In this document: positions 50,157-58,948 of the stretch, piece after piece
Layout of the letters: each line of letters begins with the position of its first letter
Position numbering within the stretch: the stretch's first letter is position 1
Assembly: GCA_964475115.1 (NCBI GenBank)
Contig: CAYYVJ010000001.1
Coordinates: 8,809 to 72,808 of the forward strand
Direction of reading: 5' to 3'
Length of the DNA stretch: 64,000 bases
Origin: an uncultured Lachnospiraceae bacterium
GTDB lineage: Bacteria > Bacillota > Clostridia > Lachnospirales > Lachnospiraceae
The notes under the pieces: model-generated
The model's input: the letters and a program-made list of their open reading frames with translations, nothing else
Told to the model about the DNA's origin: nothing
The model's database searches: none
Translations under genes and position numbers: made by a program

Positions 50157-51281
50157 ATGGAATATAGAAAAATGAGTAATTTAGGAATATCTCCATCGTT
50201 ATTGGGCTTTGGATGTATGCGTTTTCCTAAGCTGGAAGATGATAGTATTGATGAGTTGGAAGCTGAAAAGATGATAGATAAAGCAATTTCAGCAGGAATT
50301 ACATATATTGATACAGCTTATCCATATCATGATGGAAAAAGTGAACCTTTTGTAGGGAAAGTATTGAAAAAATATAAAAGAGATAGTTTCTATTTGGCTA
50401 CAAAACTACCTATATGGAAAATCAATTCCCTAGAGGAAGCAAAAAATGTATTTCAGGAACAATTAGAGCGCTTACAAGTGGAGTATGTAGATTTTTATTT
50501 ATTTCATGCAATGGATAAAGACAGATGGAATAAAGTTCTAGATTTAAAATTGATACCTTACTTTGAACAACTTCAAAAAGAAGGAAAAATCAAGTTTTTA
50601 GGATTTTCATTTCATGATGAATATGAAGTCTTTGAAGAAATGATAACTTATCGTAAATGGGATTTTTGTCAAATACAATATAATTATATGGATACAGAGA
50701 TTCAAGCAGGAAAGAAAGGTTATGATTTAGCCGAAAAACTTGGAGTACCACTAGTAATTATGGAACCTATAAAAGGTGGTTCACTGGCAATTCTTCCAGA
50801 AGATATTGAGAATATGTTTAAAGAAGTGAACCCTGATGCTTCAGTGGCTTCATGGGCACTTCGCTGGGTTGCTTCACATTCAAATGTAAAGGTGATTTTG
50901 AGTGGAATGTCAACATATGAACAATTAACGGACAACTTAGAAACCTTTGACCAGTATAAATCGTTAGATGTTTATGAAGAAAATGTAGTAAATGAAGTAG
51001 CAAAAACTATAAAAAGTAGAATGAAAAATGGATGCACTGCTTGTGGTTACTGCATGCCTTGTCCATTTGCTGTGGATATTCCACATAATTTTGCGATTTG
51101 GAATCAACTAGCTATGTATGGAAATAAAGAAGCAGCGAAGCGTAATTTTTTTGTAGATATGAAGGAAAGTGCTCGAGCTGATATGTGTCAGGAATGTGGA
51201 GCATGTGAGGAAGAATGCCCTCAGTCCATTTTGATAAGAGACGATTTAAAGAAAATTGTAGAGGAATTTAGTGTATTATAA
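50157..51281 (+). CDS. Aldo/keto reductase with C-terminal 4Fe-4S ferredoxin-like domain
   Basis: AKR core (GFGCMRFP, IDTAYPY) plus CTACGYCMPCP and CQECGACEEECP cysteine clusters. Confidence 0.8.
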   Translation: MEYRKMSNLGISPSLLGFGCMRFPKLEDDSIDELEAEKMIDKAISAGITYIDTAYPYHDGKSEPFVGKVLKKYKRDSFYLATKLPIWKINSLEEAKNVFQEQLERLQVEYVDFYLFHAMDKDRWNKVLDLKLIPYFEQLQKEGKIKFLGFSFHDEYEVFEEMITYRKWDFCQIQYNYMDTEIQAGKKGYDLAEKLGVPLVIMEPIKGGSLAILPEDIENMFKEVNPDASVASWALRWVASHSNVKVILSGMSTYEQLTDNLETFDQYKSLDVYEENVVNEVAKTIKSRMKNGCTACGYCMPCPFAVDIPHNFAIWNQLAMYGNKEAAKRNFFVDMKESARADMCQECGACEEECPQSILIRDDLKKIVEEFSVL

Positions 51282-51953
51282 ATGAAATATAAGAATATAA
51301 AAAAGGGTATTTTTAAAGAAAGACCCAATCGTTTTATTGCTCATATTGAAATAGACGGTAAAATAGAAGTCTGTCATGTAAAGAACACAGGGCGGTGTAG
51401 GGAACTATTAGTTCCAGACGCAACTGTTTATGTAGAAGAAAGCAATAATTCAAATAGAAAAACAAGATTTTCTCTAATAGGAGTAGAAAAGGGAGCTCGC
51501 CTCATCAATATGGACTCCCAAGCTCCTAATAAGGTGGTAGGTGAATGGTTACAAAGTATTCCGGAAGTAACCTATGTAAAGTCAGAAGTTAAGTATGGAG
51601 AATCTAGGCTTGATTTTTATGCAGAAACTGGAGACAGCAAGTATTTTATCGAAGTAAAAGGTGTTACTCTTGAAGAGGATGGGGTAGTTAGATTCCCAGA
51701 TGCACCAACAGAAAGAGGAATCAAGCATATGAGAGAACTTGCTCACTGCTTAGAAGACGGATATAAAGCGTGTATTATTTTTGTGATACAAATGGATCAT
51801 ATTGATTATTTTGAGCCAAATGATAGAACACATAAAGCTTTTGGAGATACATTAAGAGAGGTACACAAGTTAGGTGTTAAGGTTTTGGCTCTGGATTGCA
51901 AGGTAGGGGTAAATTACTTAGAAATCAATAAAGAGATTGAAGTAAAACTTTAA
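51282..51953 (+). CDS. sfsA: Sugar fermentation stimulation protein A homologue
   Basis: RPNRFIA, HVKNTGRCRELL, EVKGVTL. Length 223 aa. Confidence 0.88.
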   Translation: MKYKNIKKGIFKERPNRFIAHIEIDGKIEVCHVKNTGRCRELLVPDATVYVEESNNSNRKTRFSLIGVEKGARLINMDSQAPNKVVGEWLQSIPEVTYVKSEVKYGESRLDFYAETGDSKYFIEVKGVTLEEDGVVRFPDAPTERGIKHMRELAHCLEDGYKACIIFVIQMDHIDYFEPNDRTHKAFGDTLREVHKLGVKVLALDCKVGVNYLEINKEIEVKL

Positions 51954-51993
51954 AGAGAATAGTAATCTGTCGATGAGACGGATTACTATTCTC
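51953..51993. terminator. Bidirectional terminator between sfsA and the holin-like gene
   Basis: AGAGAATAGTAATCTGTC-gatga-GACGGATTACTATTCTCT, 18 bp with one G-T pair. Confidence 0.8.
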
Positions 51994-52000
51994 TTTGGTC

Positions 52001-52273
52001 TTAACGAATCGATTCCTTGTTTTTCTCAAGTAGCTGTTTGAAAAGCTGATGTAATCCAGTGCTAGATAGCCCTGAAAAAGCACCTGATAAGATGATTTCC
52101 GGATTGATAGCCTTGTTAATCCACATATTAATGGATATTCCTAAAATTGTGACCAAGGTAGGTATCCATTTGTTCTCCATATCCTTAATCCACTTTTTAC
52201 ATATGTACCCTGTAATAAGGCATAAACCAACTATTACAATCACTGTATAACTCTGTAGAAACGTTAAATCCAT
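52001..52273 (-). CDS. Phage-holin-family small membrane protein (orphan)
   Basis: 90 aa with two or three TM segments, the GLSSTGLHQLFKQ motif common in Firmicutes holins, and a charged C-terminal tail. Confidence 0.55.
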   Translation of the reverse strand: MDLTFLQSYTVIVIVGLCLITGYICKKWIKDMENKWIPTLVTILGISINMWINKAINPEIILSGAFSGLSSTGLHQLFKQLLEKNKESIR

Positions 52274-52399
52274 TTACGAATCACTCCTTTTCCATATTAT
52301 TCATGAAATACCATTACTTATATATTACATAGTTGTTACAGATATGTTACAATTAATTTGTTCCTAAGAAGAAGTCAAATTCCAAAGGAGGAAATTAAA

Positions 52400-52480
52400 A
52401 TGATTTTAAAATTAAATTCATGTAATTTTTCAAATTTAAACGATTTAATTAATCAATTACTAGCATACTGCGGAAGATAA
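52400..52480 (+). CDS. Unannotated 26-codon ORF (MILKLNSCNFSNLNDLINQLLAYCGR) with a full set of expression signals
   Basis: Promoter TTACAT-17-TACAAT with TGT (52325-53). AAAGGAGG lies 8 nt upstream of the ATG. Hairpin 52489-52513 follows, then a T-rich tract. The ORF is below the ORF-track size cutoff. Confidence 0.4.
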   Translation: MILKLNSCNFSNLNDLINQLLAYCGR

Positions 52481-52631
52481 ATATTGTTGGGCTCAACCTT
52501 ATAGGTTGGGCCTATTCTATTTTATATATTATATGAGTTGGAAAATTAAATTATTGATGTATTGAGCATAATCTTCATCTTTTATGACATACTAAAACTA
52601 TAGAAAAAATTAATATGAAAGGAGATCTAAG

Positions 52632-52886
52632 ATGAGTAGCAAATCTGATGATTCTGATAAAAAATATAGAATAAATGATGATTTCGATGTTCTAAATTCT
52701 TGTTCGACAACTGACCTAACTGGATTAATTCCAAGTGCTCCCGCATCCGATGAAGAACTAGAATCTTATAATGACATCTATACATTTAGAGCTAAGAGTA
52801 TGGTAGCAAAAGGAAAAGTGGAAAATCAAAATCAGACCCATAATGTAAGAGAAGAAGGAATCGGCCCAATTAATCAAAAAAGATAA
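52632..52886 (+). CDS. Hypothetical acidic 84-aa protein upstream of cotJ
   Basis: AAAGGAGA lies 6 nt upstream of the ATG. No TM segment and no recognisable domain. Confidence 0.5.
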   Translation: MSSKSDDSDKKYRINDDFDVLNSCSTTDLTGLIPSAPASDEELESYNDIYTFRAKSMVAKGKVENQNQTHNVREEGIGPINQKR

Positions 52887-52988
52887 ATTATCTTTTTGTA
52901 GAAATAGCGGTTTATTAATTAAATAATAGCACAAAAATAGTGTCTTCTCATATTATGATAGTGAACTTATCAAAATGAGGAGGCACTT

Positions 52989-53234
52989 TTGTTGGATAAT
53001 AATTATAGGCAACAAATGTATCGTAGAAATAGAAATCAATACCATCAAAACCAAAGGCCTTGTGCTGAACCCGAGAAATCTTGTCCTTATAATGGTGTAG
53101 ATAGAATGCCGCTTGCAATGGCATATGTACCTTGGCAAAATTGGGATCAAACATACGATCCGTGCAAAGCTTTAGAGATAGGGACTATTTTCCCAGAACT
53201 AAACTTGCCATATACCGGAAGGAGTTGTGGTTAA
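52989..53234 (+). CDS. cotJA: Spore coat-associated protein CotJA
   Basis: MPLAMAYVPWQNW...GTIFPELNLPY is the CotJA signature. TTG start after GAGGAGG. Confidence 0.85.
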   Translation: MLDNNYRQQMYRRNRNQYHQNQRPCAEPEKSCPYNGVDRMPLAMAYVPWQNWDQTYDPCKALEIGTIFPELNLPYTGRSCG

Positions 53235-53235
53235 G

Positions 53236-53496
53236 ATGATGAGCAATGAACAACGCCAATTACTAAGAGCAGTTACTGAAGCCAGCTTTGTTTTAGATGA
53301 TACTATACTTTACCTTGACACTCATCCTTGTGATGAAGATGCCCTAAGACACTATGAAAAATATAGAGACATTCGTAATAGGCTTGCAGCAGAATATGCA
53401 AGAAGATTTGCTCCTTTAACAGAAGAGCAAGTAGATGTAAAAAATAAATGGACTTGGGTAACTACCCCTTGGCCATGGGAAGTGGAGGGTTGTTAG
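53236..53496 (+). CDS. cotJB: Spore coat protein CotJB
   Basis: LLRAVTEASFVLDDTILYLDTHPCDEDALRHY is the CotJB signature. The alternative GTG at 53227 overlaps the cotJA end. Confidence 0.85.
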   Translation: MMSNEQRQLLRAVTEASFVLDDTILYLDTHPCDEDALRHYEKYRDIRNRLAAEYARRFAPLTEEQVDVKNKWTWVTTPWPWEVEGC

Positions 53497-53499
53497 TTT

Positions 53500-54099
53500 A
53501 TGTGGAATTATGAAAAAAGACTTCAATATCCGGTTAATATCAAGAATCCTAATCCCAAGATGGCAATGGTAATTATGAGTCAATTTGGCGGTCCTGATGG
53601 GGAATTAGCTGCATCTATGCGATATCTATCTCAAAGATATGTTATGCCATATAGAGAAGTTGCAGGATTATTGACAGATATAGGCACAGAGGAATTAGCA
53701 CACATGGAAATGGTAAGTACAATTGTTCATCAATTGACAAGAAACCTAACTCCTGAAGAGATTAAAAATTCAGGATTTGATAAATATTATGTAGATCATA
53801 CACTAGGAATCTGGCCTCAATCTGCAGGAGGGGTACCTTTTACAGCAACAGAATTCCAATCAAAAGGTGATCCTATTACTGACTTAGTAGAAGATATGGC
53901 AGCAGAACAAAAAGCTAGAACAACGTATGACAATATTCTTCGATTAGTAAAAGATCCTGATGTTGCAGATCCTATTCGTTTCCTTCGAGAGCGCGAAATA
54001 GTCCATTTCCAACGATTTGGTGAAGGACTTAGAATCGTACAGGATCATTTGGATTCAAAGAACTTTTATGCATTTAACCCAGCATTTACAAAATCTTAA
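53500..54099 (+). CDS. cotJC: Spore coat protein CotJC (manganese-catalase family)
   Basis: GGPDGELAASMRYLSQRY and EELAHMEMV di-metal ligand motifs. Confidence 0.88.
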   Translation: MWNYEKRLQYPVNIKNPNPKMAMVIMSQFGGPDGELAASMRYLSQRYVMPYREVAGLLTDIGTEELAHMEMVSTIVHQLTRNLTPEEIKNSGFDKYYVDHTLGIWPQSAGGVPFTATEFQSKGDPITDLVEDMAAEQKARTTYDNILRLVKDPDVADPIRFLREREIVHFQRFGEGLRIVQDHLDSKNFYAFNPAFTKS

Positions 54100-54125
54100 T
54101 AAACAATAGATTCGTTAGATCTATA

Positions 54126-54164
54126 AAGAGGTGGTTTGGCAAAAAAATTCAAACCATCTCTTTT
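54126..54164 (+). terminator. Terminator after cotJC
   Basis: AAAGAGGTGGTTTG / CAAACCATCTCTTT (one G-T pair) followed by T. Confidence 0.7.
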
Positions 54165-54196
54165 GCATTACCAAATACGAAAGAGTTGAGTTTAGA

Positions 54197-54255
54197 AAAT
54201 TAAATTGACAAATAAAAATAAGTTGTGTACAATATAATAGAAAGCAATTTAATTT
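54197..54255 (+). promoter_or_regulatory. Promoter of the peroxidase-ohrR operon, flanked by inverted OhrR-like boxes
   Basis: TTGACA (54205-10), 17 nt, TACAAT (54228-33). AAATTAAATTG (54197-207) overlaps the -35, and its exact reverse complement CAATTTAATTT (54245-55) lies just downstream of the expected start site. Confidence 0.6.
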
Positions 54256-54273
54256 ACTAAAAGGAGAAAACGT

Positions 54274-54747
54274 ATGTCAATTTATGATTATCAAGTTAAA
54301 GATACCAAAAATAATTTAGTATCTCTAGAACAATATAGAGGTAAGGTATTACTAGTTGTAAACACTGCAACAGGATGTGGTTTCACACCACAATATAAAG
54401 AATTACAAGAGTTATACGAAAAATATTCAAAAAGTGGTTTGGAAATTCTTGACTTTCCATGTAACCAATTTAATAATCAAGCACCAGGGACGGAAGAAGA
54501 AATTGTAAGTTTTTGTGAACTAAATTATGGAGTTACATTTCCACAATTCGCTAAAATAGAAGTAAATGGAGAACATGAAGATCCTTTTTTTACCTATTTA
54601 AAGTCGGAGAAAAAGGGATTAATGGGGAATAAAATAAAATGGAATTTCACGAAGTTTCTAGTCGATAGAAATGGAAAGGTAATAGAAAGATTTGCTCCTA
54701 CTACAAGTCCAAAAGATATTGAGAGTAAAATAGTAGAATTATTGTAA
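54274..54747 (+). CDS. Glutathione peroxidase family protein, short form (Cys-type)
   Basis: NTATGCGFTPQY, FPCNQF, SFCELNYGVTFP, KWNFTKFLV. Confidence 0.9.
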   Translation: MSIYDYQVKDTKNNLVSLEQYRGKVLLVVNTATGCGFTPQYKELQELYEKYSKSGLEILDFPCNQFNNQAPGTEEEIVSFCELNYGVTFPQFAKIEVNGEHEDPFFTYLKSEKKGLMGNKIKWNFTKFLVDRNGKVIERFAPTTSPKDIESKIVELL

Positions 54748-54771
54748 AATTTAGAAGGTGTGTGATATTTT

Positions 54772-55197
54772 ATGAATGAAGAGATACTAAAACTAAAAAA
54801 CCAGCTATGTTTTCCATTATACGCTAGTGCAAAAGAAGTTGTAAAAAAATATAAACCACTTTTAGATGAAATAGATCTTACTTATACCCAATATATCACT
54901 ATGTTGGTAATGTGGGAACAGAAAGAAATAAATGTAAAGCATTTAGGTGAGTATCTTTTTCTGGATTCTGGAACATTAACTCCTGTTCTTAAGAAGTTAG
55001 AAGGAAAAGGCTATATTAATAGGACAAGATCAGAGAATGATGAAAGAGTTTTAAATGTTTCTATTACAGAAAAAGGACAAGCATTAAGGGAGAGAGCAGA
55101 ATCTATTCCGGAGAAGGTAGGACAGTGTATACCTTTATCCCCAGAAGAGTCAATAACACTGTATAAATTACTTTATAAAATTTTGGGACAGGAATAA
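54772..55197 (+). CDS. ohrR: MarR-family organic hydroperoxide resistance regulator OhrR
   Basis: LKNQLCFPLYASAKEVVKKYKPLLDEIDLTYTQY and LDSGTLTPVLKKLE align closely with B. subtilis OhrR as I remember it. Cys13 plus Cys119. Confidence 0.85.
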   Translation: MNEEILKLKNQLCFPLYASAKEVVKKYKPLLDEIDLTYTQYITMLVMWEQKEINVKHLGEYLFLDSGTLTPVLKKLEGKGYINRTRSENDERVLNVSITEKGQALRERAESIPEKVGQCIPLSPEESITLYKLLYKILGQE

Positions 55198-55270
55198 AAA
55201 TATCCGTGCATTTTGTCTCCTATTATAGTATGATTAGTATAAACATACTGTGATAGGAGATGATTTTTTT

Positions 55271-55750
55271 ATGAACAAAATAGCAAGTTTTACAGTGAAT
55301 CATATCGATTTATTGACAGGTATATATGTATCAAGAAAAGATTATTTAGAAAACAATGTACTAACCACATTTGATTTAAGGATTACAAGACCAAATATGG
55401 AACCGGTTATGGATACTGGTGCTATTCATACAATAGAGCATTTAGGTGCAACTTTCCTAAGGAATCATAAAGAGTGGGGCAATAAGGTTATTTATTTTGG
55501 CCCTATGGGTTGTCGTACGGGATTATATTTAATCTTAATCGGTGATTTGATTTCAGAAGATATTGTAAAATTAATAAAAGAAATGCTAGACTTTATTATT
55601 TCCTTTGAAGGAGAGATTCCTGGATATTCAGCTAGGGACTGTGGGAACTATTTAGATAATAACTTGCCTATGGCTAAATATTATGCAAAAAAATATATGG
55701 AAGAAGCTGTTTCTAATCCTGTTAAGGAAAGATTAATTTACCCTGAATAG
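55271..55750 (+). CDS. luxS: S-ribosylhomocysteine lyase
   Basis: FTVNH, HTIEHL, and GPMGCRTG metal-site motifs. The ATG at 55271 follows AGGAGA. Confidence 0.92.
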   Translation: MNKIASFTVNHIDLLTGIYVSRKDYLENNVLTTFDLRITRPNMEPVMDTGAIHTIEHLGATFLRNHKEWGNKVIYFGPMGCRTGLYLILIGDLISEDIVKLIKEMLDFIISFEGEIPGYSARDCGNYLDNNLPMAKYYAKKYMEEAVSNPVKERLIYPE

Positions 55751-55752
55751 AA

Positions 55753-55800
55753 AGAAACACGCAAAGCGTGTTTTTTCTACGCAAGGCGTGTTTCTATTTT
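55753..55800. terminator. Compound bidirectional terminator
   Basis: AAACACGC-aaa-GCGTGTTT followed by T6, nested in the outer pair AGAAACACGC / GCGTGTTTCT followed by T-rich sequence. Confidence 0.75.
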
Positions 55801-55801
55801 T

Positions 55802-55996
55802 TTATTCATGCAATTGACTGACGAAACTTTCGATTTCTTCTCTGTTTTTGAATTCAGGAAACCGTTCCATTACAGCGTTACGGTCATTTGAATCTAGGGA
55901 TGAAATATAAGATTCCATAGAGTCATCTGCAAAGGCCCAAAATGGAATTAGTGGAAAATTTTCTAAAGGCCCACCATTTATATAAGAGTAATCCAT
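55802..55996 (-). CDS. Hypothetical 64-aa protein
   Basis: The ATG at 55996 is 7 nt after GAGGTG (ORF track starts at 56044). No recognisable motif. Confidence 0.45.
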   Translation of the reverse strand: MDYSYINGGPLENFPLIPFWAFADDSMESYISSLDSNDRNAVMERFPEFKNREEIESFVSQLHE

Positions 55997-56068
55997 TAGT
56001 ATCACCTCGAATATAGTATCTGTATTAATCAAAAAAATATACAAAGAAATATAGAAAGAAATAAAAAT

Positions 56069-57877
56069 ATGGAGGCAACAACATTGATAAAAGAGCGAAT
56101 AAATAGATTGAGAAAATTAATGGCAGAAAAAAGCCTAGATGTTTACTTGATCCCAACTTCAGACTTTCACGAATCAGAATATGTAGGAGATTTTTTTAAA
56201 GGAAGAACATATATGTCAGGTTTTACCGGATCAGCAGGAACCTTGGTTGTAACAAAAGATGAAGCTGGTTTATGGGCTGATGGTAGATACTTTATTCAGG
56301 CAGAACAACAATTACAAGGTTCTGGAATAGAATTATATCGAATGGGAATTCAAGGAGTTCCAACCGTAGAAGAATTTATTATAGATAGAACACCAAGTGC
56401 TGGAAAAGTTGGATTTGATGGAAGAGTAATCAATACTTTAATGGGTTCTAGATTAGAAAAAAAATTGAAAAAAAAGGAAGCCACAATCGATAGTAATGAG
56501 GACTTAATTGATTTAGTATGGGAAGATCGCCCGGCACTTTCTAGTGAACCAGCATTCTTGCTAGATGTGAAGTACAGTGGAAAATCCACAACAGATAAAC
56601 TTCTTGAAGTAAGAGAAGCCATGAAAGTGGAAGGTGCAACAACTCTTATTTTAACAACCCTTGATGATATTGCATGGTTGTTTAATTTAAGAGGAAATGA
56701 TATAGCTTATAATCCTGTGGTTTTATCTTATGCCGTAATTAAAATGGATGAATGCATTTTGTTTTTAAATCAAAAGGTTTTAGGTTCTTCAATAGTAGAG
56801 GCATTTTCAAAAGACAATATTATTTTAAAAGAATATAATAGCGTGTATCAGTATACAAAAAAGCTAGATTCACAAGAAGTCGTATTATTAGATAAGAAAA
56901 AGGTAAACTATGCTATCTATAAGAGCTTAGATGCTAATATAGAGATTATTGATAAGGCTAATCCAACTACGCTTTTAAAAGCTATAAAAAATAATGTAGA
57001 GCTTGCTAATTTGAGAAATTCTCATATAAAAGATGGAATAGCGGTTACTAAGTTTATGTATTGGTTAAAAACCAATGTAAATAAAATGAAGATAACTGAA
57101 ATAAGCGCATCTGACTATCTTGAGGACCTTAGAAAAGCTGGGGAGGGATATATTGAATTGAGTTTTGATACAATTTCTGCCTATGGGGAACATGGCGCTA
57201 TGATGCATTATTCTGCAACAGAAGAAACAGATTCAGAATTAAAGGCAGAAGGTCTTTTGCTAGTGGATTCAGGTGGACAATATTTTGAAGGAACGACAGA
57301 TATAACAAGAACTTTTGTACTTGGACCAATAAGTGATGAATGGAAAAAACATTATACACTTGTAACAAAATCTATGCTTAATTTATCAAATGCTAAGTTT
57401 TTATATGGTTGTAATGGAATAAATCTAGATATTTTAGCAAGAGGTCCACTTTGGAATGCAGGAATAGATTATCGAAGTGGTACAGGACATGGAGTTGGTT
57501 ATTTGCTAAATGTTCACGAAGCACCTAATGGTTTCCGTTGGAAACATGTTCCAGAGAGAAATGATAGTGCTATCTTTGAAGAAGGTATGGTAACTACAAA
57601 TGAACCAGGTGTTTATGTTGAAGGAAGTCATGGAATTCGAATTGAAAATGAATTAGTATGTAGAAAAGATGAAGTAAATGAATATGGACAGTTTATGAAT
57701 TTTGAAACCATAACCTTTGCTCCTATTGATCTAGATGGAATTGACACAAAGTACCTAGATCAATCAGATGTAAAGCAATTGAACGATTATCATGCTTTAG
57801 TATATGAGAAAATTTCTCCTTATTTAGATGAAGCGGAAAAAGATTGGCTTAAACATTATACAAGAGCAATCTTATAG
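56069..57877 (+). CDS. M24-family Xaa-Pro aminopeptidase (aminopeptidase P-like)
   Basis: Creatinase-like N-terminal domains plus the pita-bread metal ligands (DSGGQY, DITRT, GHGVG, NEPG, IRIEN). Confidence 0.85.
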   Translation: MEATTLIKERINRLRKLMAEKSLDVYLIPTSDFHESEYVGDFFKGRTYMSGFTGSAGTLVVTKDEAGLWADGRYFIQAEQQLQGSGIELYRMGIQGVPTVEEFIIDRTPSAGKVGFDGRVINTLMGSRLEKKLKKKEATIDSNEDLIDLVWEDRPALSSEPAFLLDVKYSGKSTTDKLLEVREAMKVEGATTLILTTLDDIAWLFNLRGNDIAYNPVVLSYAVIKMDECILFLNQKVLGSSIVEAFSKDNIILKEYNSVYQYTKKLDSQEVVLLDKKKVNYAIYKSLDANIEIIDKANPTTLLKAIKNNVELANLRNSHIKDGIAVTKFMYWLKTNVNKMKITEISASDYLEDLRKAGEGYIELSFDTISAYGEHGAMMHYSATEETDSELKAEGLLLVDSGGQYFEGTTDITRTFVLGPISDEWKKHYTLVTKSMLNLSNAKFLYGCNGINLDILARGPLWNAGIDYRSGTGHGVGYLLNVHEAPNGFRWKHVPERNDSAIFEEGMVTTNEPGVYVEGSHGIRIENELVCRKDEVNEYGQFMNFETITFAPIDLDGIDTKYLDQSDVKQLNDYHALVYEKISPYLDEAEKDWLKHYTRAIL

Positions 57878-57884
57878 TAAAGAT

Positions 57885-58946
57885 ATGGAAGATAGAATAG
57901 TAGAAATAGTAGCGCTGATTCTAGAGTGGTATGATAAACATAGAAGGATTCTCCCTTGGCGGGAGAATCCTATGCCATATGAAGTGTGGATATCTGAAAT
58001 TATGCTGCAACAGACTCGAGTAGAAGCAGTCAAACCATATTTTAAAAGATTTATAGAACGCTTACCAGGGATTGAAGATTTGGCAATGGTCGAGGAAGAA
58101 GAACTTTTAAAATTATGGGAAGGATTAGGATATTATAGTCGTGCTCGTAATCTAAAAAAGGCGGCTATGATGGTTATGGATGAGTATGGAGGGGAATTAC
58201 CACAGTCCTTTGAAGAACTACAGAAGCTCCCTGGGATTGGTTCCTACACTGCTGGAGCGATTGCTTCGATCGCATATAATAGAAAGGCACCGGCTGTAGA
58301 CGGAAATGTTCTTAGGGTTTTATCAAGAGTTCTTTTAATGAAAGAAGATATATCGAAAGTTTCTGTGAAGAAAAAGATGGAAACTATGCTTTTGAATTAT
58401 ATACCCATAGATAGGCCGGGAGCATTTAATCAAGCCTTAATTGAAATAGGAGCGTTGATTTGCATACCAAATGGAATGCCAAAATGCGAAAGCTGTCCAC
58501 TGAAGTCTTACTGTCTAGCACGTATAGAAGGAATGGTAATGGAATTACCCGTGAAAGCACCAAAAAAATCAAGACGGATTGAAGATAAAACGATCTTGTT
58601 AATTAAAGCAGAAGATAAAGTAGGAATACGAAAACGTTCTGAAAAAGGTCTATTGGCTGGTATGTATGAATTACCCAATTTAGATGGGCATTTATCAAAA
58701 AATGAAATCATTTTGCAAATGGAAGAATGGGGATTTGAAATACTGAATTTGAAGTTACTTAAACGGGCTGTACACATATTTTCCCACGTAGAGTGGCATA
58801 TGAAAGGTTACCAGATAGAATGTCAGCTAAAAGAAGCAGAATCACCTTTTCTTTTTGTAGAGAAGAATAAATTAGTAGAGGAATATCCCATTCCTACAGC
58901 ATTTGGAATCTATATAAATAGAGTTAATGTGGTAAAAAGGAGATAA
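57885..58946 (+). CDS. mutY: A/G-specific adenine DNA glycosylase
   Basis: LPWRENP..YEVWISEIMLQQT, HhH GIGSYTAGAI, DGNVLRV, 4Fe-4S loop CESCPLKSYC, and a C-terminal NUDIX-like domain. Confidence 0.9.
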   Translation: MEDRIVEIVALILEWYDKHRRILPWRENPMPYEVWISEIMLQQTRVEAVKPYFKRFIERLPGIEDLAMVEEEELLKLWEGLGYYSRARNLKKAAMMVMDEYGGELPQSFEELQKLPGIGSYTAGAIASIAYNRKAPAVDGNVLRVLSRVLLMKEDISKVSVKKKMETMLLNYIPIDRPGAFNQALIEIGALICIPNGMPKCESCPLKSYCLARIEGMVMELPVKAPKKSRRIEDKTILLIKAEDKVGIRKRSEKGLLAGMYELPNLDGHLSKNEIILQMEEWGFEILNLKLLKRAVHIFSHVEWHMKGYQIECQLKEAESPFLFVEKNKLVEEYPIPTAFGIYINRVNVVKRR

Positions 58947-58948
58947 GT

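Noticed and set aside
52001-54099. Possible prophage remnant around the holin-like gene
   Set aside because: There is no endolysin, structural, integrase or repressor gene, and there are no att-like repeats. The flanking genes are sfsA and the sporulation cotJ operon.
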